Of a stretch of DNA of 64,000 bases, positions 30,787-42,135 are shown piece after piece. The stretch is from contig OZ316775.1 of the NCBI GenBank assembly GCA_973851085.1, positions 5,952,001-6,016,000 of the forward strand. The letters run 5' to 3'. Source of the DNA: Ptychomitrium polyphyllum. Its lineage: Eukaryota. The first letter of the stretch is position 1. Each line of letters opens with the position of its first letter. Under the pieces are notes generated by a model. That model was not told the DNA's origin. It made no database searches and saw only the letters and a list, made by a program, of their open reading frames with translations. The position numbers were made by a program, and so were the translations under genes.

Positions 30787-31751
30787 CTAAAGCGATTGGT
30801 GAAGCGATTCACCATCGGTAGACAAAACCGTTACAGACTCTCGAGTGACGGCGGTTTCCGAGAGGAGGGCAGAGTTCGGCTTCTTCCTGGATTTCTTCAC
30901 TACCGTTGTTTCTTCGGTCTTCAACATTGGCACCGGCCACACGTACGGGAGATCCGGCGGCTCCGTCCACCCGAATTGCGTGTAGTGCTCAGGTTCCTTT
31001 CGCAGCAAATTGGAGCGGTGGGAGGCGTGAACTGAGTCATCTCCTGCGACCGAGAATCAGAATTTGCGAAGTCAGGCCTATGATCTGAATGCCCTGAATT
31101 CAGCAAAGCGAAAGAACTACAAGAAATCCTCAGTAAATTTCATTCCAAGAGACATTCCCATTTCGAAATTCAGCAAGAGAAATGGATACCTTGACACTAA
31201 ACCCTAAACCCTGATGAACCAAAACCACGTCGACACACAAGGGACATTCCTCGACCTTGATGGGAGATTCTGAGGTTTCATTGCAACCTATGAAGGGAGG
31301 TGAAGAGAAGAAAGTGCTCACCAAGCCATGGCGGCATGACGACGGGCAGCAATTGAGGCTCCAGAGGCTGCAGAATTACGTTCTTGAACCCCCGCCTTCC
31401 CCATTCCCCCAAGCAGGCATTGTAGTACACAAGGAGCGCGTCCGGAAAGCCACGCCACATTCGCACCGCAGGCGAATTCGCCCATGCCGTCCCCTTCACC
31501 GGCACGGGGCTTGCCTGCACAATGCGCAGGATTTGCCACGCCTCCACCCTCTGCTTCCCCAGGCGCCGGTTGTCCAGGCATTCCACGGTGCGGTCGAACT
31601 CCGGGTAGGGCAAAAACGTATTGAGGCACCGGACTTGGAGCCTCCTGCTCCCCGATGATAACCCCGTATGCTTTCCTACGCCGATGAAGCGGTGCGATTT
31701 CGAAGGACTGACTCGCGTGAAGAAATGTTGCGAACTTAGTCGAGACGTCAT
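30787..31751 (-). CDS. Pyrimidine-dimer DNA glycosylase / T4 endonuclease V-like protein (MSMEG_6728-type) with N-terminal organellar transit peptide; 2 exons, 228 aa
   Basis: Exon 1 31751-31322 and exon 2 31043-30787 join in frame across a GTGAG...GCAG intron (PPWL-G-DDSVHASHRSNLLRKEPEHY). Motifs LNTFLPYPEF, LDNRRLGKQRVE, PAVRMWRG, EWGRRGF, PPWLG, SHRSNLLRK, DLPYVWP match the pattern I recall for the bacterial family. Confidence 0.85.
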
Positions 31752-33831
31752 GGTTGTCGCTATTCGGGAACCAATCTAGGGCTTCGAGCAGGGGAATCTA
31801 TTCATTGCGGTCTCATGTGCTCTGAACGTCCTACTGATCAAAAATCCTTGAGATAATCTCACGAAGCTCTAGTGAAGCTAGTTCTAATCCTGCAATTCCA
31901 CCTAAGCCCATTGTTTCCGAAATCCTCCACAAAAGCCAGGAAACGCCTTCACTTAACTCTGTTCTGCTTGAATTGAACAAAAGGTGGTTGAACCCTTAAG
32001 TCTGGAATCAAAGCAGGTTCAAATGCAAGCGATCTCCAAAGGACTGAAAATTTCTATTCTAGCACTAGACGAATTATCAACCGCCCCACCGCTGCCTGCA
32101 CATTTGCACCCACTGGCCGGCTGGCTCGCAATCACAGGATATAATCTAGATATAGGTACTCTGCCACTGCGTTGCGGATTTGCCCACATTACGCTGGCAC
32201 CACGTGGACGATAGCGATGGACTTTACATGTTCCAAGCGTCCATGCCCAGCGCTCCCACATTCCAAATCGCTGCGCCGCTTGATGAATCAAGCTTGAATT
32301 CCAAATCGTCAAACAAAGCCGGATGAACACTGCAGATATGTGTGTACTTCCACCCTGTGTCAACTTTATCGAGTGTGCACGCATTGTTTGTAAAGTAAGC
32401 TTCGCAATCGAGAAGGATTCAGCGTTATCTTCGCAATCACCTTACACTTGATCCAGTTCTCCCAGTTAGATCTTATGCCCGCTTGCAAGTACTAGGTGTT
32501 GATATGCAACACCAATGTTATCTCTTCGCATTTCTGCCTCCAGCATGGGCCTTAGCTCATTCGTGAGCCGGAATTTCTCCCCCTTCAGCTCTGCCAACAC
32601 TCCACGACTATGTCTCAGAAATTGAGCGAGAAGCCCAGCAGGATTCTGAAACGGGCAACTACGAATTGCTAGCTGCGATCTACACAAAACGGATATTGGA
32701 AACCGAACTACAACTGCTTTATTAACTGCTCTTAAAGCTTCCTAAGTACTGAAATCTCTCTTATCAACTTGCTGCTGCACAAGAAGTTCAACTTAATTAA
32801 GAAACAGTTAAATCAGTCCGGAAATCACTCGCGCTATGACCAAAACGAAGACCCTCAATGCTGCACAGCAGAGCAGTGTGGTGCAATGACACATAGCCTA
32901 CAGAAACACTGCATTCCACAGTTCATCATACCCATATGAAACAAGCACGCTAGAGCTATAGAACGATCAGGCACAGGTACAAATGGTGGAGCGAGATTAA
33001 CATGCCTACAGTTTCGTCCTAAACTACCTGTCCACATCCTCGGCTTAGATGTCACGCATCTAACAACATCTAGAATCAGTGAGACAGAGCCAGTTGCTTA
33101 CGTACGTCTGACTACTGTTACGAAGAAACATCCGCTTGTCAATGTATCACAAAGTAAAACGTTGATGCAAATGAGAGTCCTCCTAACTGGCCGGTGAAAT
33201 AAATAAATTTGAGGTAGAAGGTAAAGATTCGGAACCATCTGAACTCAGAGAATCGGTATACCATCGATGAGTGTACCATTGATAAGAAAGAAGCCCGATG
33301 TAGCTGTACACGCCGGTTGACCTACATGTTATAGTAGAATAGTAGTTGACACAGACAGTACGAGAGTGCATTCTAGGACTTCGGTTTGAGAGTGCAACTT
33401 GGTCAAATTCTGTTGTGAGATGTCGGTTTGTGAAAGTCTACTGCCTACTCCTGAATTGAGGGTAGAGAAGTGGATTCTAATCAACTTTCACTTGCCTACT
33501 GTTTGAGGCCCGTTTGAGGGTAGTACTGTAGAATGCAGACCAGCGGAGGGAGTCAGAATCACAGGTCCAGCACGGTGCTGCACGACGTGTGGAATTAAGG
33601 GCCAGCAGCCAACGGGGATGTTCCAAGCAAATGTAGAACCCTTCGACTTCTATCTCTCCATTTACTCTTGTTGTGGATACAAATTCACTTTGATGAAATG
33701 TGAGCAATTATAATTTATTGTACCATCCAATTCTACGTTTGGCAATTTTGATAATTGATTAATGAATCACGTAGTCTCTCAAGAAGTCAGGGGTTACGGT
33801 AATCAATTTTGCAAGCTTGAAGCTAGAGTTC

Positions 33832-33985
33832 CGTAACATTCTTTAGCTGGATGACCCTGCACCATGATCAAAGAGTTTTACAAAAGTATTCTATTTCTCC
33901 AAATGCTAGACTTAACTAACATTGTCTATAATTAAGTGATCTACTGTATAAGTGGTGCAGGGTTATCTGGTTAAAGCATGTTATG
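33832..33985 (+). ncRNA. Candidate MIRNA-like fold-back (alternatively a MITE)
   Basis: 33-nt arms 33832-33864 and 33953-33985 pair on the + strand with 27 Watson-Crick pairs, 5 G:U and 1 mismatch, around an 88-nt loop. Confidence 0.4.
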
Positions 33986-35611
33986 TTCACATAACTTTTT
34001 GACTTACCATAAGAGTGTCATATAGAGTATTCGGACTCAGAGCCATGTTGAACTGGAGGATTTTCTAATCCTGACGAACGTTATTAGTGAAACGTCAGTC
34101 ATAGGTTCAAGATTGCATTGCAAAAAGCTCAATTTTTAATTAGCGTTAAACCTAGTTCTGAAGAGATCTGTCTACTAGTAAAGAATTTGCATTAGACAAC
34201 AATAGAAGGGGTGTTTTAATAGTGAAATCTGTAACAGCTCAATGCAGGGCTGCTATATATGGTGTATGTCTTGGCATCTAGAAATGGCACGATGTAAGAG
34301 TATGCAGACAGTAAAGCTACTCTCAAGATTCATGATACATGTTGATGTAGCCTGGCATCATATTATACCATGTTTTTCAATTCAAGCAGCTCGTTACTGC
34401 TCAAAGTCCCTTTCCTAACAACCAACAAGGTAACCAAGTACAGAGAGAGTTTTCACTTATCGCACTCTGAAAACACAAGATAACAGACATCATCAAACTG
34501 AATGAAAATCTGTCGCTTAGAAGTGACCACTAATACCGCATGAATCAAGCTGAGAGCGGGTTTATGGGGTTTTCTCTCAAGGATCTGGAGGCACAGAAGT
34601 CACCAAAAAGGGTTCTTGAAAACAAAAACGATATAGTAGTGTAAAATTGATGTCAAGATGATACGAATGAATAAGAGGATGGTGAAACAAGAGAATTCTT
34701 AGGGTTTCTAAGGGTATCTAGAATCTTTGCTTTTATTTCTTTGCTCATTTAGAATAATGCAGAGAGAATGTTTACTAAGATTCTAAGATGCTGCACTTCA
34801 GAACCAATGCAAGACTAACTCACAAGGGAAACTGGGAGGGCTGTTTGTAACGACGAAAGTGTTGTTACAGCTTTTGTTGTCTTGGTCACGGCTAAAGCAA
34901 GAATGATCAGAAAAGGGTTCATCACTTAGATACACACCAGTATAACACATTGAAATGGTACTTGCAATCAATTCCGCGTTGATTCAGAGAATTCACACAC
35001 ACTGACATTGATATTTATACCTAACAGCTTCTTCATTATCTCGCCTGCATCTTCTCACTTCATTGGCTCTCTTTTCTCACATATTACTACATAAGTTCGC
35101 CGGATTTGCGTATTGTCTCGACTTCACCTTGACTTTTTCTTCTAAATGTAAGAAGAGGAAAAGAAGATAGGAACCAACACGCAATACACCAAAGAAGATC
35201 TCCGGTTGACTGGATTTGAAGGGGAGAATCGTTTTGTGGACATGAGCCACTACGGAATGGTTGTGACGTTGAAGGTGAGTAGGACATATATACAGGTGTT
35301 CTAGCTGTTAGCTCTTCCGGATAGCTCAAATAGACTGTACTCGAGGATTGATTTAATGAATTCATGTGTCATACGCTCTGCATGGTGCCAACAAATGCTA
35401 TATATAGCATTTATCCCGCTAATTTCCCCAATTGCAGATGCTAACCCATCTCAATTTGCATCTTGCACATAAGCCTCTGTAAGTCTATCAAATAAACTAT
35501 CCTACCTGACCCCAATAAAGGAGAAATCGCAGTGGACGCTGAAGATGCTAAATGCATAATTCAATCATCACTTTGTCTTTTTGAGCGGCACCGTCATCGC
35601 CAAGCTGGTCT

Positions 35612-37684
35612 TCACCAAGAACTAAATTCACCAAGTGGTCGACTTTGCAAAAAGTAACTCTGCAGGTCAGGTCGTGCCGTCGGCAGAGGCGGTGCAATTG
35701 CTTCACCGATGATGCACTGGTGAACGAATCGCATCGTTGGCCTCGAATTAGGTTCAGGATGACAGCATAACAGCCCCAAAGTCAGCACAAGCTTCATATC
35801 AAACGTGTCAAAGAAATTAAGGAGTCTTAGATCAGCTACACTGAGAATATTTTCGCTTTCGTGAGCCTCCCAGACGGTGTCTTGTAAAACCATTTCCATA
35901 GCAGAAGCACAGTTGACATGTACGGGCCGTCCACATGCAATTTCGAGTGCAAGAACACCATAGCTGTAAACGTCAGACTGCTTTGTAGCTTTCCTAGTGT
36001 GTGGCAGCTCCGGTGCCATGTACCCAATTGTGCCCGCCACAGTGGTGCTTTTGGGCATGGAATCATGGTCAATCAACCGTGCTAACCCAAAATCTCCAAG
36101 GTGCGCGTTGAATTCGTTATCTAACATCACATTACTGGCCTTGATGTCTCGATGCACAATGCACTGTTCCCATTCTTCGTGCAGGTAAGCTAAAGCAGCT
36201 GCTAAACCCCTCAAGATGTTATAACGCAGGTTCCATGTTAGTTTAGCCCCCTTCATAGAATCGAAGAGCCATACATCGAGACTGCTATTCGGCATGAACT
36301 CGTAAACAAGCATTAGCTGATTATTGTCTCGACACCAGCCCAAGATCTGGACCAAGTTTCGGTGGCGAATTTGACTGATGACAGAAATCTCTGCTGAAAA
36401 TTCACGCTCTCCTTGTTTAGAGTCGTGCTTCATCCTCTTTACAGCTACAATGTGAGAGTCGTCGTATAGTGTCCCTTTGTACACCTCACCAAATCCACCG
36501 CTGCCCAACAGCTGCTCCACGCTGAAATTGTTCGTGGCTGTGGCAAGTTCCTTATACGTGAATTTACGCGGCCAGAACAAGGTTTGCTCAAATGCTGCTC
36601 TTCGATTTCTTAGCTTCGCACACAGACAGCACCACCCAAAAGCTACAAATAGAAATGAAGCTAAGAACGAACCAGACGCAGCAGTTACTCCCGCGATCAC
36701 AGCAACTTGGCGATTGCTTCTACAGATATTCATCATACTTGCGGTACTTGGAGCAGGTGATAGCTCTGGCATTCCACGAGTTGAGAACGTCCATGACTTC
36801 AATTTAATTGTCGTTCTGCAAAAGTAACCAGAACCAACAAGCCCTACGTACATATGTTCTAAGAAAAGGGTATTTAAGTCCGTAAGGGGCACAACCATAA
36901 GCGGATTCAACGGTCTCGTCACGTTGTCCTCCGTAATTGATCCATTCGCAAGGCGAACTTCCAGGGTATGGGTGTCGGCATAGAAATCGATCCAGGCAGA
37001 AAAATCTTTATTAGTCACAAGATAGGTGCACTGAACGTCAGTAGATGCGTTTCCGCATAAATTGTAGATTTGCACAGATTGCATCCTGTTGATATTCACA
37101 CCAATGTGATTATTACTAGGATCCTCAATTGGGGGAAGTTGATTCCTAAAGGTGTCAAACTCCACTGAAAACATGTGATTTGTGCTTTTCCCAGAGTCTG
37201 CAGTGCGGATAGAACACAATTCACCACCAGCATCTCCTTGTGTCGTGTTGTCGATACTGAACAAGAACGCTAGTCCATCTCCACCGGGACCTCTGCAGCC
37301 TTCCCACCTCGGATTCACTACCACCGGCGACATCGAAAAAGTGAAAGCAGTGCTGAACGATGCCACTGTAGTTATATTAGATGGATTAGTGTATAATAAA
37401 CGCACACGCTCGTCGAACATCAGCTGCCCACATGTGCCCAATTGGGTGGATGTACCTACAGCATTTAGAAATATATCGCTGGAGTATGGCTCAGCGTCAT
37501 CAAGAAGAGTGAGACTATCAAGACTCTCGAAGGTCGGGAACGTGAAATAGGTGTTCTGAGTCACAGCAGCCTGAAAGTTGGCCAAGGACATAGCGAGCAC
37601 GAGAAGGGAGGGTACCGCCCAACTCAGCCTTCGCCTCGACGCAAGTGACATGCTCACAATTGAAACCATGCTGTCAGTATGCAT
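35612..37684 (-). CDS. L-type (legume) lectin receptor-like kinase
   Basis: Long uninterrupted ORF: signal peptide, legume lectin domain (ASFSTAFTF, GDGLAF, VEFDTFRN, NNHIGVNIN, AWIDF, MYVG), TM segment, RD kinase (PRKFTYKEL, GSGGFGEVYKG, VAVK, HRDIKASN, LGDFGLARL, GTIGYMAPE). Start Met 37684 (or 37669/37651). A possible extra 3' exon lies at 35377-35301. Confidence 0.96.
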   Translation of the reverse strand: MHTDSMVSIVSMSLASRRRLSWAVPSLLVLAMSLANFQAAVTQNTYFTFPTFESLDSLTLLDDAEPYSSDIFLNAVGTSTQLGTCGQLMFDERVRLLYTNPSNITTVASFSTAFTFSMSPVVVNPRWEGCRGPGGDGLAFLFSIDNTTQGDAGGELCSIRTADSGKSTNHMFSVEFDTFRNQLPPIEDPSNNHIGVNINRMQSVQIYNLCGNASTDVQCTYLVTNKDFSAWIDFYADTHTLEVRLANGSITEDNVTRPLNPLMVVPLTDLNTLFLEHMYVGLVGSGYFCRTTIKLKSWTFSTRGMPELSPAPSTASMMNICRSNRQVAVIAGVTAASGSFLASFLFVAFGWCCLCAKLRNRRAAFEQTLFWPRKFTYKELATATNNFSVEQLLGSGGFGEVYKGTLYDDSHIVAVKRMKHDSKQGEREFSAEISVISQIRHRNLVQILGWCRDNNQLMLVYEFMPNSSLDVWLFDSMKGAKLTWNLRYNILRGLAAALAYLHEEWEQCIVHRDIKASNVMLDNEFNAHLGDFGLARLIDHDSMPKSTTVAGTIGYMAPELPHTRKATKQSDVYSYGVLALEIACGRPVHVNCASAMEMVLQDTVWEAHESENILSVADLRLLNFFDTFDMKLVLTLGLLCCHPEPNSRPTMRFVHQCIIGEAIAPPLPTARPDLQSYFLQSRPLGEFSSW

Positions 37685-38439
37685 GTCTAATTGAGCAACT
37701 TGGAAGAGCCTGGCAATCAGAACCAAGAGTCAAACGTTATATTGGTATGGCTGAAATTCAGAAACTAGTGGACATATGTTTTTGGTGCATTACTCGACTG
37801 GCACGAAAGAGTTATGGTGACCCAAGTGGGCTGCATGATGTGTAAGATTCCAGTACAAAAGGCAGCTCATTCCATTCATACCGCAAAGCTGCTCATATTT
37901 TAAAACCCAGAGAGCGTAGTAGCCAACGATACTTTGACTATGCTACCTAGATGCGCTCGTCACTTGCAACAACGGTTGCTGACTTCGTTGTTCTCATGGA
38001 TTCAGTCCTAATTCTGGTATTCCATTTTGCGTGCTTCCATGAATTTCAGATTGTTTCCGTCGGCGGTCGCGAACAAAAGGCGTGCCTTCGTGCTAGATGC
38101 CACGATCTTATTTTTAAATGTATATAAGATCCCTGATGTATTAGATTTGATATTTGTGAGCTGCTTGTAAACGCTCGAATTCAAAAATAATTACTTTCTA
38201 TGTGGTTCTGCTCCTGTTTCCAAGATTCCATCTCTGTTTGTTCCGTAAACAGAGAGCTCGTACAAACAGATATGTTTACCCACTGACTTCTATTCGTCAT
38301 CTAAAAGTATCGTCTGTAATAGAGGAAATGCAAATCATCAAAAAATCTTCACGCTGAAGTATTCTACAGTTCACTTATTTTACAAATTATGATCTATCCA
38401 ATCAATGGTGAAACGAATAATGAAGTATTGACAAACGTA

Positions 38440-39887
38440 CTACCCAGGCAGCCTTCTCTTCTCAATATATGAACCCGCCAGCCCAGATGTTCCAAGCACA
38501 CTAATCTGCAATCAAATAAAAAGTAGTGGTATTAGCATCAAACGAAAGTTTTTGCAACCACCTGTACTCAAAGTTAACAGTAAATTTTCTATCCCATAAA
38601 GTCTCTCAAAGTGCTACTGTGATTTGAACTCACCTCCGACCATTTTGGATCCATGCCAGTGAGACGCTGCTTGATTTGGAGGAGGACCCCCCCTAGCTCA
38701 AGTTCTACCTTCTTCCTCAAGTAGACTTCATCTCCACCAAACGCACTTAGGTACGCCATATACTTTCTGTGCGCCGCTTCTACTGCCGCGTATGTGGAGT
38801 CTGGTATTGTTCCGACATTCTGTTGGCAAACCGTGCAATCAGAGCTCAAAAACTATTAAGCAGCCCGTAGAAATTGAGGTGATGCATGAAATGCTTACTT
38901 AGGAGAAAGCATACTTGACAATGTGTGCAAAGAGAGCGACTGTAGCTAAATTAAGAATGAATCTACGACGAATTCCACCTCTCCAGTGTCCCCGCACAAA
39001 TCATTGATCTCCAAAAGCATATCCAAAAGTAGCCCCCCGAAGCTCTCTACTGCTTGTGCCGCCGCCCACACATCAATCAACGTTTCTTTCCCTGCTGAAT
39101 CGTCACTGCCACCTGAAATCGTACTCTCCACAGCCGACCTGACTTGTGGTTCAATCTTCAACCATCCATGTCCCAATAGCCCACTCAATGCCTTGGCAAT
39201 CTTCGCATCGTGGACGGGAGGCAAATTGGAAACAAAACTACCGGTCATACACCTAACTTGAGGGCTCAAACCTGTACGGCTCAACATTCCTCGAGTAGTT
39301 GATTGATGTGCTGCAATAGCAAACATAGCTCCTATCAAATTTGTGAATGACGCGACAACTAAGAACCCCCCGACCCCCCTCCCCCCCACAAATCTGCATG
39401 ACATCGGAGTGAACTAACTGCAGCAAACATCAAGAAGGGAGCTAATATGAAGCTTGCACATCAAGAACATTCCAACATGGGCATTGTTCAATTCAACCGA
39501 TAGGCAATTCAAAACTCTATAGTAGTGAAACATCAACTCGTGACCTAATTAACTCTCTGCTTCCACAATCACAATGTCAAATTCGAACTCACCAAAAGCA
39601 TCTAGACAATCCTAATGACGGATCCCAAGCATGACAATACGAACGCCATTCTCCATGACCAGACGATCAGACCCTGCTTTTGCAACTGCAAGAAAATGCA
39701 AAGGGTTAAATGCAGGTATAAGGCAGCACACAATGAGATGAGGATGTGGATAACAACAAAGTGGTGCAGGAGGGTTACCAGGTGAGGCCCGGTTCGCGAT
39801 GGTGTGCAGAGGAGCCGCTGCAGAGGATCCTCGCAGCCAGAGCCGGTGAGCAAGAAAGGTGGTGGCAATCCTGGCCATGGCAGCCAT
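38440..39887 (-). CDS. SDH5: Succinate dehydrogenase subunit 5, mitochondrial (plant-specific)
   Basis: Exons 39887-39779 (mito presequence MAAMARIATTFLAHRLWLR), 39310-38979 (DDSAGKETL..AAQAVESFGGLL), 38819-38634 (EVYLRKKVELELG), 38505-38440 (VLGTSGLAGSYIE). These match the plant SDH5 pattern. Confidence 0.88.
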
Positions 39888-41534
39888 CGCTGCATGGACG
39901 TTGATCGTTGAAATGAACAACTTAATTGCATGCATGCACGCTGCTCATCCCTCGAGCCATGCCCTAACATGTCCAAGCGACGTCCCTCAAACCAACTGCA
40001 TCTCTCGCGTGCGGTACAGTGGGTGTACATGTTCGACCGGTGGAGATGCTCCGGTGCACTGTATAGGTGCCTTCGCCTACGATATATGCCACTAGGTTTG
40101 CGCGAGAGGGAACCTCCAACGGAAGCCGGAAGCCTTATCATGATTCTTTTTCAGTGCAAGACCTAGAATTATTGCGAGCTTTTATGCCAACCCCTCACAG
40201 AGGGTCTCCGTAGAGCAATAATATAGTAATAAATTGTATTTTTCCCTGTTAAAATAATGGTAGTTATACTTTGGCTTCATAAAAAAGAAAATTTCTTAAA
40301 ATGTTTTACTACTATATTATTCACATCTTTTTAGAGGATGAAGTAATAGTTGAGGTGTCATTATACATGCGCTACCACAATTAATTGTGAATTGTAAGAA
40401 ACAATGTAATTTTTATCATCATTTCAAAACTATTGCAAGTTTTGTTTTTTTGTTAGTCATACTCAAGAAGATAATGGATATAATAGGTGAATAGTCAAGG
40501 GTTGCTTGCACTAAAAGTTAAGGCTAAAGAAAGTCAAAGTAAATGAATTTCATGAAATTTTGTGATAATGTTTGAACTAAAACAGAAATATTTACAGTTG
40601 TTGCTTTTAGCAATTAAATATGTCTTTAGTTATTGACTTTATTTTCAAATAAGTTTATTTAGAGCCTAAATTCCAAAATAAGTCCAAATTTGCAAACTTA
40701 ATATTTTTTGAAGTTTTCATGAATTTATTATAAACTGTTTAAACTAAGGATTTTAGATTTTAAACCTAAGTGGAGCCTCTCTAGCCTTGGCTACAAAGAA
40801 GAAGCCTTATTCTAAAATATAATACTCGTACTTCAAAGTTTCAGTTTCATTTACTAAAAAATTTAGATTAAATTGTTTTCAAAAAATTAATACAAAAGAT
40901 AATAGGTACTAGGAGCAAAAATGGATGTGATATGGTAGAGTAACATAATCTCATATTATTTGTACTTAAAATTAGAATATTAGAGAGTGTATCATGTAGA
41001 AGAATGGCCAATAAAGAATGTGTTATCAAGTAGGATAAAACATTCTCATAAGTTGATTCATATAAATAAGCATCTTTTAGACATGTTTATAAGAATTAGT
41101 GAGTGTGATTATTTTATTCAACAAAAACCACAATGAATGAGTAATAAGTGACATAATTTATACCATTCTTCATCATATTTTAATAAATCATAGTTCTCAT
41201 AATGATTTATATACATATAATGCATATCATGGAGATGTATGTGATGTGTGGAACTAACAATATGTACCTCTGCAATTAGATTTACTAATTAGTTACTTAA
41301 ATTAGTAATTGGCTTCCGAAATTGTAGGTGATTAAGTGAACAACCTAGGCAATTATAGTTTGGTTTCATAACGTCCTCACTACCTTGCAACTAACTACCT
41401 AACTACAGCATCATTGGTATAAAAGACCTGTCGTGACACCAACATGCAGTGGTGTGACATATGGACCATATACAGTAAATTTCAACAGCTCTTTTATAAA
41501 TTGCAATTTAATAAAGTGGTCACTTTTATATGGA

Positions 41535-41601
41535 AGTGCTCTAAATTGCAAATTGCTAACCCTAAGGTGGAGAGGGTTAGCAATTTGCAGTTCAGAGCAC
41601 T
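41535..41601. repeat. Near-perfect 29-bp inverted repeat with 9-nt spacer
   Basis: AGTGCTCTAAATTGCAAATTGCTAACCCT / AGGGTTAGCAATTTGCAGTTCAGAGCACT, with two non-WC positions. Confidence 0.85.
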
Positions 41602-41699
41602 ACCCTTCACTTACAGTGTAGAAGTTATTCAGAGGTGGAAACAGCTATCTGAGATGTGGGGGGCTGGTTTGCCACTTAAGTATGGACAGTTGGACTAGG

Positions 41700-42135
41700 T
41701 TTTTCTTATAGAGAAGCTCCCTTCACTGCACTTACTGGTCTTACCACTAGCTGTATGCTTGAGCAAGATTGGTCTTCCCTGTAGTGCACAATAAGCATTG
41801 TTTTTGAGATCCTTGTACCAAAAGCTTCAAGATGATGATGAAATGATACTGATTTGTGCAGTTGGGTATTGGGTAGCGTGTTATGACACACAGCATTCTT
41901 TAACTGGGTGATCATCCACCATGATCTAAAGCACTATGACAGTACTCCACTTCTTCCTCCAATACTAATATTGTTAAACAATCTCTATGATGGAGTACCT
42001 ACCACAAATGCTCTTCTATATAAGTTGTGCAGGGTCATCTGGCTGGGAAATGTAAAAAACCTGCTTCAAACCATTGAACGTAACATTATTTTGCTAGATG
42101 ATCATGCACCACTTCTATTCAAAGCATCTGGGGCT
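41700..42135 (-). pseudogene. Decayed coding relic (probably TE-derived)
   Basis: One minus frame reads as protein-like sequence (FE*KWCMII*QNNVTFNGLKQVFY...) broken mostly by TAG/TAA stops, compatible with C-to-T decay of Gln codons. The region is CpG-poor. Identity is not recognisable. Confidence 0.3.

Noticed and set aside
31199..31214. AAACCCTAAACCCTGA telomere-like repeat in the glycosylase intron
   Set aside because: Only two units, so at most a telo-box and not an interstitial telomere array.
31984..33371. Short ORFs upstream of the glycosylase (e.g. 32466-32687)
   Set aside because: Could be a decayed gene, but there are no recognisable motifs or consistent splice model.
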